Assembly: GCA_043228905.1 (NCBI GenBank) | Contig: JBHGNT010000004.1 | Coordinates: 13,702,001 to 13,766,000, forward strand | From: Azolla caroliniana | Lineage: Eukaryota; Plantae; Polypodiophyta | DNA: 64,000 nt | Direction of reading: 5' to 3' | Shown here: piece after piece, positions 63,700 to 64,000 of the stretch | How positions within the stretch are numbered: the stretch's first letter is position 1 | Layout of the letters: each line of letters begins with the position of its first letter | The notes under the pieces: generated by a model | Database searches by the model: none | Seen by the model: only the letters and a program-made list of their open reading frames with translations | What the model was told of the DNA's origin: nothing | Position numbers and translations under genes: made by a program

Positions 63700-64000
63700 T
63701 CGGAATTGTCTTCATCCACAATCACGTTGATGGACCCTAGTGCGTCACATATCTCCTTAATCTTTGTGGTATAGTCAGTTACCGACATTTGTCTTTGCCG
63801 GATGTTGTTGAGCTCTTGTCTGAACTACAACTTACGGGTTTTGGTACTTCTAGTGAAAATCTTCTTCAGATTCTGCCAAACTTCTTTGGACGACTTTGCA
63901 TCCTTCATGTACCCGAACATCTGATCGTGGAGGCCAGATGCCAAGCAGTACAAGACTTGGCTTGCTACTTGTGCCCAAGCCAACAAAATCTCTTTGCATC
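63700..64000 (-). pseudogene. Ale-like copia gag fragment
   Basis: The minus strand reads AWAQVASQVLYCLAS..AKSSKEVWQNLKKIFTRSTKTRKL..QELNNIRQRQMSVTDYTTKIKEICDALGSINV. Confidence 0.8.

Overview
Plant nuclear DNA, probably from a non-seed plant such as a fern or lycophyte (inferred from the Tcn1-like chromoviruses). It is almost entirely a nest of retrotransposons, and I found no host gene. Target-site duplications (TSDs) resolve most of the nesting. A Tcn1-like chromovirus (A, from 10949) holds an Ale-like copia (G1, 11949-27907), which holds a Tork-like copia H and an Ale-like copia I; I carries a solo LTR. A also holds a second chromovirus (C, 28463->39537). C holds chromovirus B, which holds an intact, very young Tnt1/Tork-like copia (32386-37847). 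C also holds a non-chromovirus gypsy D, which holds Ale-like copias E and F; F holds J. The left 11 kb has a Tork 3' end, a decayed L1-like LINE, a deleted Ale-like copia inserted in a gypsy RT fragment, three tRNA-like A/B-box modules and an hAT-type MITE. The main signals are: (1) chromovirus LTRs carrying an antisense tRNA-type Pol III A/B-box module with conserved 44-nt spacing, heat-shock-element arrays and a covarying Tf1-type self-priming PBS; (2) an Ale-like copia family whose pol runs about 190 codons past RNase H, between a duplicated PPT 12-mer, with alternative hairpins around the functional PPT. All coordinates and comparisons were read by eye, with no alignment or database search. 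Element letters are my own labels.
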